Shown one piece after another: positions 1 to 10,066 of a stretch of DNA of 64,000 nt; the stretch's first letter is position 1, and each line of letters starts with the position of its first letter. The DNA is from a virus, in IMG/VR virus record IMGVR_UViG_3300032285_000892, positions 32,001-96,000 of that record. One strand, written 5' to 3'. The position numbers and the translations under genes were made by a program. The notes beneath the pieces are model-generated. The model saw nothing but the letters and a program-made list of their open reading frames with translations, did not search any database and had not been told where the DNA came from.

Positions 1-1
1 G

Positions 2-94
2 CTTTTAGATTTAACAGTACAAAACTTAGCAATGTACACCGAGAATCAGTCTGCTGTACAAAGTTCAGTATATAGAATTCAAACAAACGAGTAA
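2..94 (+). CDS. 3' end of an upstream structural gene (partial; ...LLDLTVQNLAMYTENQSAVQSSVYRIQTNE*), probably a crAss-like ring/tail-tube protein
   Basis: Open frame from position 2 to TAA at 92-94, read by hand. The ring identity is inferred only from crAss-like gene order (MCP, ring proteins, auxiliary capsid protein). Confidence 0.55.
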   Translation, partial: LLDLTVQNLAMYTENQSAVQSSVYRIQTNE

Positions 95-120
95 ATTTTT
101 AACAATAAATAAATATACAA

Positions 121-1263
121 ATGGCTGATTTTTCATTGACCACCCTGTTTGTAGTTCCTGTAGGTAATACATTACCTAGTTCTGGTTCTACACAAAACCT
201 TACCGCAGGACGGTTTGGTATTTTTACAAATACTTATGCTGCTGATAACGTTGGTACTGCCATCGCTGCTGCTCCATATTTCTATTTGGCTCAAGGACGT
301 ACTAATACGTACTTACAAGGATCTAAGCGTTCTGACAAGATTTCTGCTGCTAACGTATCTGCATGGTACAAAGTTGTAGGATCTCCAGTAGCTGCTAACC
401 AAGTAACTGATGTAACTAACTTTACTGTTACTCCAGGTACTGATGTAACTATCACGTTACGTGCATTCTCTTCTTATTTAAGCACATTGTACTTCAATGG
501 TTTCACTCGTTCAGTGACTGTTAAAGGTGAGTGTTTAGCTTGTGGTGGAGATCCATGTGCTGATGTTAATGTTCCTGCATTGATCGATGCATTTATTTTG
601 AAGTTTGAAGAGCATGCTCCAGGTGATAACCCTGATAACATCTACTTCACTCAGTTTTACCAATTCCAACGTATTGGTAATGATCAAAATGCTATCTTAC
701 GTATCTCTGGTAAGCCATTAACTAAATATGGTCAACCTTGCGACGTGGCTGCATTCCCTTGGGAGTATGACCGTATGTGGTTCCGTACTTTCGTTTATGC
801 TGGTCCTGCTACAACTGCTGATTTTATCGTTGCAGATTCTTGTAACATGGTTGCTGATGCTTATGTAACTCAGCGTTCTTCTTATATCTCTGGTACTTCT
901 GGTGAAATTGCTCAATTAGAGAAAAATTACTATAGCTACCAAGCTGGTTATTTGAAGCACTTATATCGTATGGTTGGATACAATGAGAACTTTGAGTCTT
1001 GGGTATCTGATGGAACTACTTATGACACTTACTATATTCGTTTTAACGAGTATGACAAGTCTGCATACAAGTGGGGTGATTTCATCATCGAAGATTCAAT
1101 GGTAATCATTGCTGCTCCTCAGTCGTTAGCTGCTGACATCGAAGATGTATTAGCTACTGCATTAGGATTGCCTGTTGATGAGACTGGTGATATTGTGTCA
1201 ACTACTAGTACAACTACTACTATTTGGCCTTCAACTAGTACAACAACTACTTTGATTCCTTAA
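121..1263 (+). CDS. Virion structural protein, probably the crAss-like auxiliary capsid protein, with a Thr/Ser-rich C-terminal tail
   Basis: 380-aa ORF with an A-rich start context. Size and position match the auxiliary capsid protein of crAss-like phages. It ends STTSTTTTIWPSTSTTTTLIP. Confidence 0.6.
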   Translation: MADFSLTTLFVVPVGNTLPSSGSTQNLTAGRFGIFTNTYAADNVGTAIAAAPYFYLAQGRTNTYLQGSKRSDKISAANVSAWYKVVGSPVAANQVTDVTNFTVTPGTDVTITLRAFSSYLSTLYFNGFTRSVTVKGECLACGGDPCADVNVPALIDAFILKFEEHAPGDNPDNIYFTQFYQFQRIGNDQNAILRISGKPLTKYGQPCDVAAFPWEYDRMWFRTFVYAGPATTADFIVADSCNMVADAYVTQRSSYISGTSGEIAQLEKNYYSYQAGYLKHLYRMVGYNENFESWVSDGTTYDTYYIRFNEYDKSAYKWGDFIIEDSMVIIAAPQSLAADIEDVLATALGLPVDETGDIVSTTSTTTTIWPSTSTTTTLIP

Positions 1264-1286
1264 TAAAAGAAGTAATCATATAACCT

Positions 1287-1333
1287 ATGCCAGAGGGTAA
1301 GAGGATAATCTCTGTCCTCTGGCATTATTATTT
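1287..1333 (+). terminator. Hairpin (10-bp perfect inverted repeat ATGCCAGAGG/CCTCTGGCAT) after the 380-aa gene; terminator or mRNA-stabilising stem
   Basis: Arms at 1287-1296 and 1316-1325, inner AGAG/CTCT pairing, followed by TATTATTT. Confidence 0.6.
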
Positions 1334-1339
1334 AACGCT

Positions 1340-1909
1340 ATGCCAACATTAAAATTAGAATTCTTAGTAATTCCTACATACAACACTTTAACGTTAGGTG
1401 TTGCAGATGCTTCTACATATCCTACAAATCCTCCTAATGTAACAGCTCCGACAATTGAATTCACTATTCCAAAAGTATTAGCACCTGTATCTTTACCATT
1501 TGTTCCTAATGATTTTAATATCTTTAATTCATTATCATTAGGGTTAACTGATGTAGATCATGATTTAGCTCCTCTTCCTGACGGTGTGTGGATAATTAAA
1601 TACTCAGTAGCTCCAGCATTTGATAACAATGTAACGCATACAATCATGCGTACAGATGTAATTCAAGAAAAGTTTGATAATGCATTTATGAAACTTGATA
1701 TGATGGAATGTGATATGGCTATCAAGACACAATCTAAAGTACAATTGAATAGCATATACTACTTAATTCAAGGATCAATTGCTGCTGCTAATAACTCAGC
1801 AGTAGTTACTGCTAATAAGTTATACGCACAGGCAGATAGATTATTAAATAACTTTATTAGAAACAACTGTGGATGTACTGGTAACAACTACATCGTAAAC
1901 TTTACATAG
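1340..1909 (+). CDS. Conserved crAss-like structural protein (possible tail hub / fibre-attachment protein)
   Basis: 189-aa ORF with a beta-rich N-half, a helical C-half and a CGC end. Role inferred from synteny. Confidence 0.45.
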   Translation: MPTLKLEFLVIPTYNTLTLGVADASTYPTNPPNVTAPTIEFTIPKVLAPVSLPFVPNDFNIFNSLSLGLTDVDHDLAPLPDGVWIIKYSVAPAFDNNVTHTIMRTDVIQEKFDNAFMKLDMMECDMAIKTQSKVQLNSIYYLIQGSIAAANNSAVVTANKLYAQADRLLNNFIRNNCGCTGNNYIVNFT

Positions 1910-1910
1910 T

Positions 1911-2045
1911 ATGGCTAATTGCAAAAGATGTCAAGTAAAAGTTGGCTGTGGATGCCAATTGGTTAATGGTTATTGTTCAGCATGTAATTACGCTGTTCAA
2001 GAAGAAATAAAACAACAACAAGATGCTAACGCCCAGGCTAACTAA
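1911..2045 (+). CDS. Small Cys-rich protein (44 aa, MANCKRCQVKVGCGCQLVNGYCSACNYAVQEEIKQQQDANAQAN), putative metal-binding; absent from the ORF track
   Basis: ATG 1 nt after the upstream TAG, stop overlapping the next gene. Pattern is CxxC-x5-CxC-x6-CxxC. Confidence 0.7.
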   Translation: MANCKRCQVKVGCGCQLVNGYCSACNYAVQEEIKQQQDANAQAN

Positions 2046-2289
2046 TTATATCGCCAATTCTACAATTCCTGTACTGCTAGCTGATATAGATGAGCGAATA
2101 GCAGAACTTGCTGGTTTAGAATACAACAATATTGTATATGCTGTAAACAATTACATCAATACAGTAGCACTACAAGATTTGTTAAACTATAAACGAATCT
2201 TGTTATTTAAGAATTGTAATGCTGATTACTGTAAATGTTTTACAGTGGAGATGATTGCAAGTAGAGTTAAAATATTGATTCATAGATAA
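2023..2289 (+). CDS. Small helical structural protein (possible tail hub partner)
   Basis: 88-aa ORF tightly packed in the operon. Function inferred from position only. Confidence 0.45.
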   Translation: MLTPRLTNYIANSTIPVLLADIDERIAELAGLEYNNIVYAVNNYINTVALQDLLNYKRILLFKNCNADYCKCFTVEMIASRVKILIHR

Positions 2290-2301
2290 AATTATTAATA
2301 G

Positions 2302-5229
2302 ATGGCTTGTGTACCAGGAATGCCTTGTTATGATCAGAATGCTTTTCCATTAAAGAATGCTAGTTCTGATTGTGATAGCTGTTGTCCAGTTGAATCCACA
2401 CGTGTTATATACGATGGACCAAATCTTCCAGTATCAGGTATAAATACAGAAGATTGCTTAACTCTTGCTTTAGAAAAGTTAGATGAAGCCATCTATAGAT
2501 ATAATGGATCCACTTCAGGTACAGCAGGTACATCTGGATCAAATGGCACTAGTGGATCAAATGGATTAGCTGGAACTAGTGGAACTAATGGTAGATCAGG
2601 AACTAGTGGAATTAATGGTGCTGCAGGAACTTCAGGTTCAAGTGGGTCATCTGGTAGAGAGGGTTCTAATGGCACATCAGGATCATCAGGATCATCAGGA
2701 TCTACTGGACGTAATGGTTCTAACGGAACATCAGCAACAGCAGGCACATCTGCAACAAGCGGTACAGCAAGTACTGCTGGTACTAGTGGGACTAATGGAA
2801 CATCAGGTATTGATGGAACTTCTGGAACTTCTGGAACCAGTGGAACTAGTGGAACCTCAGGTACAAACGGAACATCTGGTACTAATGGTACATCAGGTAC
2901 TACTGGTACAACAGGAACATCAGGTACAACTGGTACTAATGGTACCTCAGGTACTACTGGTACTAATGGGACCTCAGGTACTAATGGTACAACAGGCACT
3001 TCAGGAACAACTGGAACATCTGGAACTAATGGCACTTCAGGTGTTAATGGTACATTTGGAACTAGTGGTACTAATGGTACCTCAGCTACAAGTGGAACTT
3101 CTGGTACATCAGCTACAAGTGGTACTAATGGCACAAGTGCATCAAGCGGTACCAATGGTACAAGTGGCACTAATGGTACGTCAGGAACTAATGGTGATAA
3201 ATTTTTAACATCATCAACAACTACAAAAACTATTGCTACAGGTCCATGGACTTTATCAGTAGATCCAGGTTTAGCATATATACCAGGACAAGGTGTATTA
3301 ATATCATACGATTCTGCTAATAGCATGACTGGTGTTGTTGTTAACTATATATCAGGAACAGGGTCATTAAGTGTTGATATTACTACAACACTTGGTAGTG
3401 GTTCACATAGTCTTTGGCTTGTTAATTTATCAGGTGTAGCTGGAGGTGCAGGTACAAGTGGTACTAATGGAACCTCAGGTGCTAATGGTACTTTTGGTAC
3501 TTCTGGTACATCTGGTACACATGGAACATCAGGTACAAATGGAACATCAGGTACAACAGGTACTAATGGTACATCTGGTACATCTGGTACAAATGGTACA
3601 TCAGGCACTAACGGAACATCTGGCACTAACGGAACATCTGGTACTAATGGCACATCAGGTACTACTGGTACAAATGGAACATCAGGTACTACTGGTACAA
3701 ACGGAACATCTGGTACAAATGGTACTTCTGGTACAAATGGTACTTCTGGAACGACAGGAACATCTGGCACTAATGGTACAACAGGAACAACAGGTACTTC
3801 TGGTACTAATGGTACATCTGGTACCAATGGTACAACAGGAACATCAGGTACAACAGGTACCTCAGGTACAAATGGAACATCTGGTATTACTGGTACAGCT
3901 GGTACTACAGGAACTAGTGGAGCAAGAGGAGCAAGTAACTGGACTCCTAATTTAACAAACGTTACACAATCACTTACAGATTCTCAAACATATACAAAGA
4001 CTGGCGGTAGTAATACTGCTTTTGATGCCCAAGTATATTCATCACAAGGATATGTAACAGGAGCATTTGTCACAGCTAGATTCTCTACAATTACTGTTGA
4101 CACAATGTTTGGATTAAACTCTGATCCAGCAACAGATCCTAATTTTACTTCTATTGATTATGCAATTTATGCTTCAGCTGGATATATTTATACTTCTGAG
4201 GGTGGTACAGTAAGTGCAGCATATGGTCAATATTTTGCAACAGATGTATTTACAATAACTTATGATGGATATAATATAAGATATTATCAAAATAGTACGT
4301 TACTAAGAAAAGTCGTTAGACCACTTGGTAATGCATTATATCTTGATTCATCATTTGCTAACATAGGAGATGCTATTAACTCTGTAGGATTTGGTCCTAT
4401 GGGTGGAGCTGGTACAAATGGTACTTCAGGAACAAACGGTACACATGGAACATCTGGTACAAATGGTACACACGGTACATCGGGAACTAATGGTACAAGT
4501 AGTATAATAGATGCTATTCCACCGTTATCAATAAGTGGAGGAGGAACAATATCTATTCCTGCAGCTAATTCAGTTACTAATGGTTATTTGACTTCTACCT
4601 ACTTTAATATATTTAATGGTAAACAAGATCCATTAAGTATTAATAACTTATCAGTATCTCCAACAGGCGTATTAAATTTAACAGGAGGTACTGGAGCAGT
4701 GATAGGATCTGGTACAGCTATTTCACTTAGTCAAGCAACTAGTTCACAATCAGGATATTTAAGTTCTACTGACTGGAATACATTCAATAATAAACAAGGA
4801 GCATTAACTAATCCTGTAACAGGAACTGGTACCACTGGTACAATTGTTAAGTTTACAGGAAGTTCTACAGTAGGTAATAGTATAATTACTGAATCTGGGG
4901 CTGCAATTAATGTTGCTGGAACTCTTACTGCTACAGGTAACATCACATCACCTGGATTCTATCAAAGTTCTTCTAGAGAACTTAAAGATAACATTAATGT
5001 ATTTGATAGAAGTGCTGTAGATATTATTAACGAAACCACTATTGTAGAGTTTATTTATAAGAATGATCCAGACAAAAGAATTCACTATGGTTTCATTGCT
5101 GAAGATACTCCTGTAGAACTATCTACAGAAGATCAAAAAAGTATGGATACTAACTCCGTAGTAGGTATATTAATTAAAGCCATTCAAGAATTAGACGCTA
5201 GGGTAAAAGCATTAGAGAATGAAGACTGA
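2302..5229 (+). CDS. Fibre protein with G-X-Y (GTS/GTN) repeats, a lectin-like insert and a C-terminal intramolecular chaperone (peptidase S74-type)
   Basis: The C-terminus SSRELKDNI...HYGFIAED...[16 protein letters not shown] is the typical S74 chaperone plus coiled coil. Long G-X-Y tracts. The N-terminal domain is shared with the 44697 ORF. Confidence 0.85.
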   Translation: MACVPGMPCYDQNAFPLKNASSDCDSCCPVESTRVIYDGPNLPVSGINTEDCLTLALEKLDEAIYRYNGSTSGTAGTSGSNGTSGSNGLAGTSGTNGRSGTSGINGAAGTSGSSGSSGREGSNGTSGSSGSSGSTGRNGSNGTSATAGTSATSGTASTAGTSGTNGTSGIDGTSGTSGTSGTSGTSGTNGTSGTNGTSGTTGTTGTSGTTGTNGTSGTTGTNGTSGTNGTTGTSGTTGTSGTNGTSGVNGTFGTSGTNGTSATSGTSGTSATSGTNGTSASSGTNGTSGTNGTSGTNGDKFLTSSTTTKTIATGPWTLSVDPGLAYIPGQGVLISYDSANSMTGVVVNYISGTGSLSVDITTTLGSGSHSLWLVNLSGVAGGAGTSGTNGTSGANGTFGTSGTSGTHGTSGTNGTSGTTGTNGTSGTSGTNGTSGTNGTSGTNGTSGTNGTSGTTGTNGTSGTTGTNGTSGTNGTSGTNGTSGTTGTSGTNGTTGTTGTSGTNGTSGTNGTTGTSGTTGTSGTNGTSGITGTAGTTGTSGARGASNWTPNLTNVTQSLTDSQTYTKTGGSNTAFDAQVYSSQGYVTGAFVTARFSTITVDTMFGLNSDPATDPNFTSIDYAIYASAGYIYTSEGGTVSAAYGQYFATDVFTITYDGYNIRYYQNSTLLRKVVRPLGNALYLDSSFANIGDAINSVGFGPMGGAGTNGTSGTNGTHGTSGTNGTHGTSGTNGTSSIIDAIPPLSISGGGTISIPAANSVTNGYLTSTYFNIFNGKQDPLSINNLSVSPTGVLNLTGGTGAVIGSGTAISLSQATSSQSGYLSSTDWNTFNNKQGALTNPVTGTGTTGTIVKFTGSSTVGNSIITESGAAINVAGTLTATGNITSPGFYQSSSRELKDNINVFDRSAVDIINETTIVEFIYKNDPDKRIHYGFIAEDTPVELSTEDQKSMDTNSVVGILIKAIQELDARVKALENED
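2510..3930 (+). repeat. Coding 9-nt-period G-X-Y repeat tracts (GTS/GTN/GTT), interrupted by one 84-aa domain at 3193-3444
   Basis: Directly visible: ggtacatca/ggaactaat-type units with Gly every third residue. Confidence 0.9.
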
Positions 5230-7573
5230 TAATTATATAGTTACAGCTACTGAGTTTAATGAGATGGCCCTTCAATTTGGTTATACTCGTAAAAATGGTA
5301 TATCTAATAGTAATAAGGGTAATACAAAAACAGAGTCAAGTGCTGCTTATTACTTAGATGAGAATGCTAATCCATGGTTTACATATACAGGTAACAGATG
5401 TCCTAGATATCAAGACTTTGTATGTGCTCCATCAGGATTAACTGTTACAGTGGATACAGTTTCAGTTTATGATGAAACTCATACTAATCCAGTATATCAT
5501 TCTTATTACAGTTATTTATTTAAGATAAAAGCAACTGTTCCTCAAGTAACGCCCACTGTTATATTTGATATTACGCTCCCTAACAATATTGTATTAGGTG
5601 ATTTTAGATATGTACATTATAATGGTAGTCCAGTACCATTACCTACATCAGACTATTACTATGTAGATATATATGACATACCTTCAGGTAGAGTGAGAAT
5701 ATTTCTATACAAACAAGTTACCACTGAGTATGAAATAGCATTCAATGCATATCCTGCTGCACAATACGGTACATTTACAGCAACTGCAAATGTATCTGGT
5801 ACATGGTGTAATACAACAGTGACAGTACCTGGAACATACTCTTATGTGTTACTTCAACCAAATGTTGTAATATCAAAAACAATTTATTATAGTGCTAATA
5901 CTAATTGTGTATCAACTAAAGGATACTCTATAGATATTACTAACACAGGAGGAAAACTAATTGGTGGTACTCTTTCAGATACACTTCCATCAGGATTAGT
6001 GCTTGGACAATTTCAAGCAGTTAAATATGATGGAAATTTTGTATCATCTACATCTGATTATTACAATTTAACTACGTATCAAGAGGGAGTAAATGGTGGA
6101 CAGATAGTTCTTGAATTACTTAAAGAGATTAGTCCTGCTCATTACTACACGTTATATTTCTATGCATCAAATGTAGCAGCTGGATATTATACAAACACTG
6201 CAGTATATCAAAATTATGCATATGCGACAAGTGGATCAAATACAACATATTGGGCAGCAGCGGCAACAACTGCTTACTATGAATTAGAAAACTGTGCTAC
6301 GTACGATTATTTATATACTACAATTGCTCCATTAGGATATGGCAATAGATATAAACTTGCATCAAATCCAGATCCTTGGTATACATATACAGGATCATCA
6401 ATTGTAGACTGTGTTCCTCCACCAGGATATGAAACAGGATTCGAACAAACATCTTATTATGGATGTTGTACTAGTGCAGCTCATTGGGTTCCGATTGGAT
6501 ATTCATGTTATGGAACATGTAATAAATATGAAACAGTTTATGATGATAATCCATGTTCTCCAACATTTGGAACAACTAAACAAGGAGATGCTGTACAATA
6601 TAACTCTTCATATTGTTATGTACCTGGAGGCGCATTTCAATGTTGTGGACAACCAACTGGTCCTGTTTGGGCAAATAATGGTGACACTAATTGTTTTGGA
6701 AGCTGTACATTATATCAACCTCAAATAAATACAAATCCGTGTTATACAGGATCTCCACAGACTCAAAATAATCCATTAGGAACTAGTGATAGTTGTGGAA
6801 CTTGGGTAGGTGCACCTTATTGTAAAGGAACTAATAATTGTGAGGAATGGTATAAAGAAACAAATTCTTGTACTGGTAATGTTCGAAACGATCATTTAGT
6901 AAACTCAAATAGCACATATTGCGGAGGATGTTGTGGTCAATCTACAACACCTAATTGGCAAAATAGTGGATGGGGTTGTTATGGAACATGTAATAAGTAT
7001 AACATTGAACAAGATTTAAACTCTTGTTCTCCTACATATGGAAACCAAAGACAAGGAAGTTTAATACAGAGTAATTCAACTGATTGTAATGGATGTTGTG
7101 GAATATCTCCAGCTGCTAACTGGGTAGACACTGCCCCTGCTGCATGTAATGCTTGTCATCTAGTACAACCACAGATAGATAATAATGTTTGTTCAGCAAC
7201 ATATGGTGACACTAGAGATGCTGACCTTGGTTTAAATTCAGATTGTGGTGGATGGCCTACAGTTTACTATTGTGTAGGATATGATAAATGGTCTAAAGAA
7301 GTTAATATTTGTACAGGAGCTATACGTAATGAGACATTAGTAGAATCAAATAGTCCTTATTGTGGATATCATCCTTGCACTACTTGGGATATAAGTGCGT
7401 ATGATGCTGATACTTATGTAAGTGGTACTTATACTAACTGCGCAGGATTCTCTGATAGCTTCTCATTCTACTCTGCATTTGGAGGATATGCAGGAAGTAT
7501 ATGTGTAAGAAATGGTACATCACCAAGTGTAAGTGGTGGTGGAGCAAGTGATACAGGAAATGTATGTTCGTAA
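5219..7573 (+). CDS. Fibre/adhesin-like virion protein with two Ig-like (DUF11-type) domains and six Cys-rich repeats
   Basis: Two similar segments ([15 protein letters not shown] and [15 protein letters not shown]), the motif [16 protein letters not shown], and W-x-C..C..N(P/S)C..NS..CG repeats. The start overlaps the upstream stop. Confidence 0.65.
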   Translation: MKTDNYIVTATEFNEMALQFGYTRKNGISNSNKGNTKTESSAAYYLDENANPWFTYTGNRCPRYQDFVCAPSGLTVTVDTVSVYDETHTNPVYHSYYSYLFKIKATVPQVTPTVIFDITLPNNIVLGDFRYVHYNGSPVPLPTSDYYYVDIYDIPSGRVRIFLYKQVTTEYEIAFNAYPAAQYGTFTATANVSGTWCNTTVTVPGTYSYVLLQPNVVISKTIYYSANTNCVSTKGYSIDITNTGGKLIGGTLSDTLPSGLVLGQFQAVKYDGNFVSSTSDYYNLTTYQEGVNGGQIVLELLKEISPAHYYTLYFYASNVAAGYYTNTAVYQNYAYATSGSNTTYWAAAATTAYYELENCATYDYLYTTIAPLGYGNRYKLASNPDPWYTYTGSSIVDCVPPPGYETGFEQTSYYGCCTSAAHWVPIGYSCYGTCNKYETVYDDNPCSPTFGTTKQGDAVQYNSSYCYVPGGAFQCCGQPTGPVWANNGDTNCFGSCTLYQPQINTNPCYTGSPQTQNNPLGTSDSCGTWVGAPYCKGTNNCEEWYKETNSCTGNVRNDHLVNSNSTYCGGCCGQSTTPNWQNSGWGCYGTCNKYNIEQDLNSCSPTYGNQRQGSLIQSNSTDCNGCCGISPAANWVDTAPAACNACHLVQPQIDNNVCSATYGDTRDADLGLNSDCGGWPTVYYCVGYDKWSKEVNICTGAIRNETLVESNSPYCGYHPCTTWDISAYDADTYVSGTYTNCAGFSDSFSFYSAFGGYAGSICVRNGTSPSVSGGGASDTGNVCS
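6480..7370 (+). repeat. Six Cys-rich protein repeats arranged as a duplicated triplet (A-B-C-A'-B'-C')
   Basis: Unit 1 [16 protein letters not shown] matches unit 4 [16 protein letters not shown]. Units 2 and 5 share QPQI.(T/N)N.C. Units 3 and 6 share W.KE.N.CTG..RN..LV.SNS.YCG. Confidence 0.75.
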
Positions 7574-7601
7574 ACTAACAAAATAAAATAAATAAATAAC
7601 A

Positions 7602-8654
7602 ATGAATGTCTTAATCACATTAACAACAGCAGGTGCAGATACAGGACCTTTTAATCTGTATTCAAATACAGATAGCTATGTTACAGCTTTTGCAACAGGT
7701 ATTGCAAAGTCTGTATTAGTTGCTGGGTATACAAGTACAGTGGTGCCAGCAGGCACAAACACTATACGTGTAAAATCTACAGGTGCATGTACTAATTTTG
7801 TAGACTTAGCTGTTGCAGGTGCAACTACAACTACCACTACTAGTAGTACATCTACAAGTACTTCTACATCAACAAGTACATCTACTAGTACAACTAGTAC
7901 AACAACTACACACCCTCCAGCTGATCAATGGTATCAACTTACTAACTGTACTACATCAGCAATTGATTACTCAGCAATGTATCCTACATCAGGACCACAA
8001 TTTGCATTGAATGATCGTGTAATTGATCTTGGAAGTAATTATTGGAAAGTTACTCAGATATATTATTCAAGCCCAGGTGGTTCTGGATTATTAATAGGAG
8101 CAACAGGTTTGACAGGATGTCCTGGTGATACAACAACTACTACATCTACTAGTACATCTACATCTACTAGTACAAGTACGTCAACAAGTACGTCAACAAG
8201 TACATCCACTAGTACGTCTACCAGTACGTCTACCAGTACTACAACTAGTACTACTACAGCAGCTCCTGGTACAACAACTACTACCACAACTGCACCGTTA
8301 CCTACTATCTTTGTTGATTTCTTATTACAATTAGATGCTGGTAATACAGGATCAATGGATATCTATACAGCATCCCCTATTGGTGCAGGATTTATATTGA
8401 GTCATACATTAACATCAAATGGTGAGAGTTGGTCAGTTGGATTACTTGCAGGTGATGGATACAAAGTAACTGTTACACAAGATACTAGAGCAACAAGTGG
8501 TCAAAGAGGTCAAATTGCAGATACAATAAATAGTACAACTACTTACTATTCTACTGCAGCTGGTGCACTTCCTCAATCAGTAACATCTGCTGATAGAACA
8601 CTTGCTAATGGAAATACATATAGTGTCCTTGGAATTTGTGGAGACGTTGTGTAA
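7602..8654 (+). CDS. Multi-domain virion decoration protein: three small beta domains joined by long (Thr-Ser)n mucin-like linkers
   Basis: 350 aa with TTTTTTSSTSTSTST linkers. The N-terminal 70 aa recur in the 16758 ORF. Confidence 0.6.
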   Translation: MNVLITLTTAGADTGPFNLYSNTDSYVTAFATGIAKSVLVAGYTSTVVPAGTNTIRVKSTGACTNFVDLAVAGATTTTTTSSTSTSTSTSTSTSTSTTSTTTTHPPADQWYQLTNCTTSAIDYSAMYPTSGPQFALNDRVIDLGSNYWKVTQIYYSSPGGSGLLIGATGLTGCPGDTTTTTSTSTSTSTSTSTSTSTSTSTSTSTSTSTSTSTTTSTTTAAPGTTTTTTTAPLPTIFVDFLLQLDAGNTGSMDIYTASPIGAGFILSHTLTSNGESWSVGLLAGDGYKVTVTQDTRATSGQRGQIADTINSTTTYYSTAAGALPQSVTSADRTLANGNTYSVLGICGDVV

Positions 8655-8695
8655 TTGAAGATATAAAAAATCCTGTTTGTTGGTTTACAGGGTTT

Positions 8696-8732
8696 CTCCT
8701 AGGGGCACATGGTCCCTAGGAGTTTTCATTTT
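8696..8732 (+). terminator. Rho-independent terminator ending the fibre cluster
   Basis: Perfect 9-bp stem CTCCTAGGG (8696-8704) / CCCTAGGAG (8714-8722) followed by TTTTCATTTT. A second, weaker hairpin lies immediately upstream. Confidence 0.8.
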
Positions 8733-8777
8733 TATAATCAACTTTGTTAAACTATATAACTAATTCAATTACAATTA

Positions 8778-8810
8778 TTTGGTAAATACAAAATTAAATT
8801 TATATATTTA
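8778..8810 (+). promoter_or_regulatory. Bacteroidota-type promoter (TTTG-N21-TAtaTTTA) upstream of the phosphoesterase gene
   Basis: TTTG at 8778-8781 and TATATTTA at 8803-8810, one mismatch to the TAnnTTTG -7 consensus. It follows a terminator. Confidence 0.55.
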
Positions 8811-8837
8811 GGATAATTTAACTAAACTACGAATAGG

Positions 8838-10064
8838 ATGACTGAAAATCAGGACATGCTTTTTCGTCTTGAAGCACTTTTAAGACGCAAGAAAAGCAAA
8901 TCATTCTATGCCGAGAGGCTTGGAATAACTGAGATTGAAGTAGATGAATTGTTAAAAGAGCTAAAAGAGAGAGATCAAGAACCTAACGATACATTGAAAA
9001 CACCTTTATTGTGTGAGTCAATAAGAAAGACAAACAACGAACGAGGAACTATTGAGAGTACAGTAATAGCTGATTTTGAACCGAAGGACGACATAGAGCT
9101 TGCTGCTCTACACAAGATCAACTTAGACAAATACATTATAGTAAACTACTGGTCTAAACTATTACCTAATGGTAAGTTTACATCATCAATCTTCTCTAAG
9201 AAAAAAGAGGCCAAAGACTACACTGCAGAGGACTTTGCAAAGTTCTTAGAGAATTATAAATCCAACTACATACCCCAGTTACCACCAGAGCTAGAACGTG
9301 CTAAGCTAATAGATGTTGAGATATCATTATCTGACTTCCATTTAGCTAAGAGGCATATTGATGGAGATAATTCACCAGCTGTTAGATGTAAGAGATACTT
9401 CAGTACAGCTGTAAGTCTTGCATATAATGTAAAATCATTATATGATATTGATAGAATTGTATTTCCAATATCAAATGACTTCTTTCATACAGATAACTTT
9501 CAGCATCAAACAACAAACGGAACACCACAAGAAACTATTGTTGACTATGCACATGAGTATGAATTAGGATTTGCTTTACTTGTAGATACAATCAAAGCAT
9601 TAAAGACTGTATGTAAAGAGTTGCATGTTATACTAGTACAAGGTAATCATGACAGAACTAAGTCTTATTATTTAGCTCATGCTCTTGATGTTTACTTCAA
9701 TGCAGAACCTAAGATATACTTTGATAGAGATCATTCTACAGTGAAGGCTACTTTGTTAGGAGAAACATTTATTGGTTATCATCATGGTAACTGTAAGATT
9801 GAGGATCTTCCTTTATTGTTTGCAACCCATCCTGATTACAGCCAAATGTTTGGATGTTCTAAGTACAGAGAAATACATACAGGTGATAAACATCACTACA
9901 TGGCTAAAGAAGTAAAAGGGGTAAGGATACAACAAATGCCTAGCCTGTCTGGTACAGATAGATGGCATCAAGATAATAACTTTGTCCACAGTGTGAGGGC
10001 AGCACTTGCTTTAGTCTATGATAAAGAGTTAGGCAAGATTTGTGAATTTGAAGAAAGAATATAA
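8838..10064 (+). CDS. Calcineurin-like metallophosphoesterase with an N-terminal HTH-like segment
   Basis: Ordered motifs SDFH, NDFFH, QGNHD, GYHHG, HTGDKHH. Confidence 0.8.
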   Translation: MTENQDMLFRLEALLRRKKSKSFYAERLGITEIEVDELLKELKERDQEPNDTLKTPLLCESIRKTNNERGTIESTVIADFEPKDDIELAALHKINLDKYIIVNYWSKLLPNGKFTSSIFSKKKEAKDYTAEDFAKFLENYKSNYIPQLPPELERAKLIDVEISLSDFHLAKRHIDGDNSPAVRCKRYFSTAVSLAYNVKSLYDIDRIVFPISNDFFHTDNFQHQTTNGTPQETIVDYAHEYELGFALLVDTIKALKTVCKELHVILVQGNHDRTKSYYLAHALDVYFNAEPKIYFDRDHSTVKATLLGETFIGYHHGNCKIEDLPLLFATHPDYSQMFGCSKYREIHTGDKHHYMAKEVKGVRIQQMPSLSGTDRWHQDNNFVHSVRAALALVYDKELGKICEFEERI

Positions 10065-10066
10065 CA

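Noticed and set aside
2493-3827. Long minus-strand ORFs of VPxVPx type (also 45563-50548) and plus-strand alternative-frame ORFs rich in V/L/Q/M
   Set aside because: They are shadows of the stop-free G-T-S codon repeats (the reverse complement of ggtacatca gives V/P-rich text). They have no start context or independent domains.
2510-3930. Ice-nucleation protein repeats
   Set aside because: The AGYGSTxT octamer pattern is absent; the periodicity is 3 residues, not 8 or 16.
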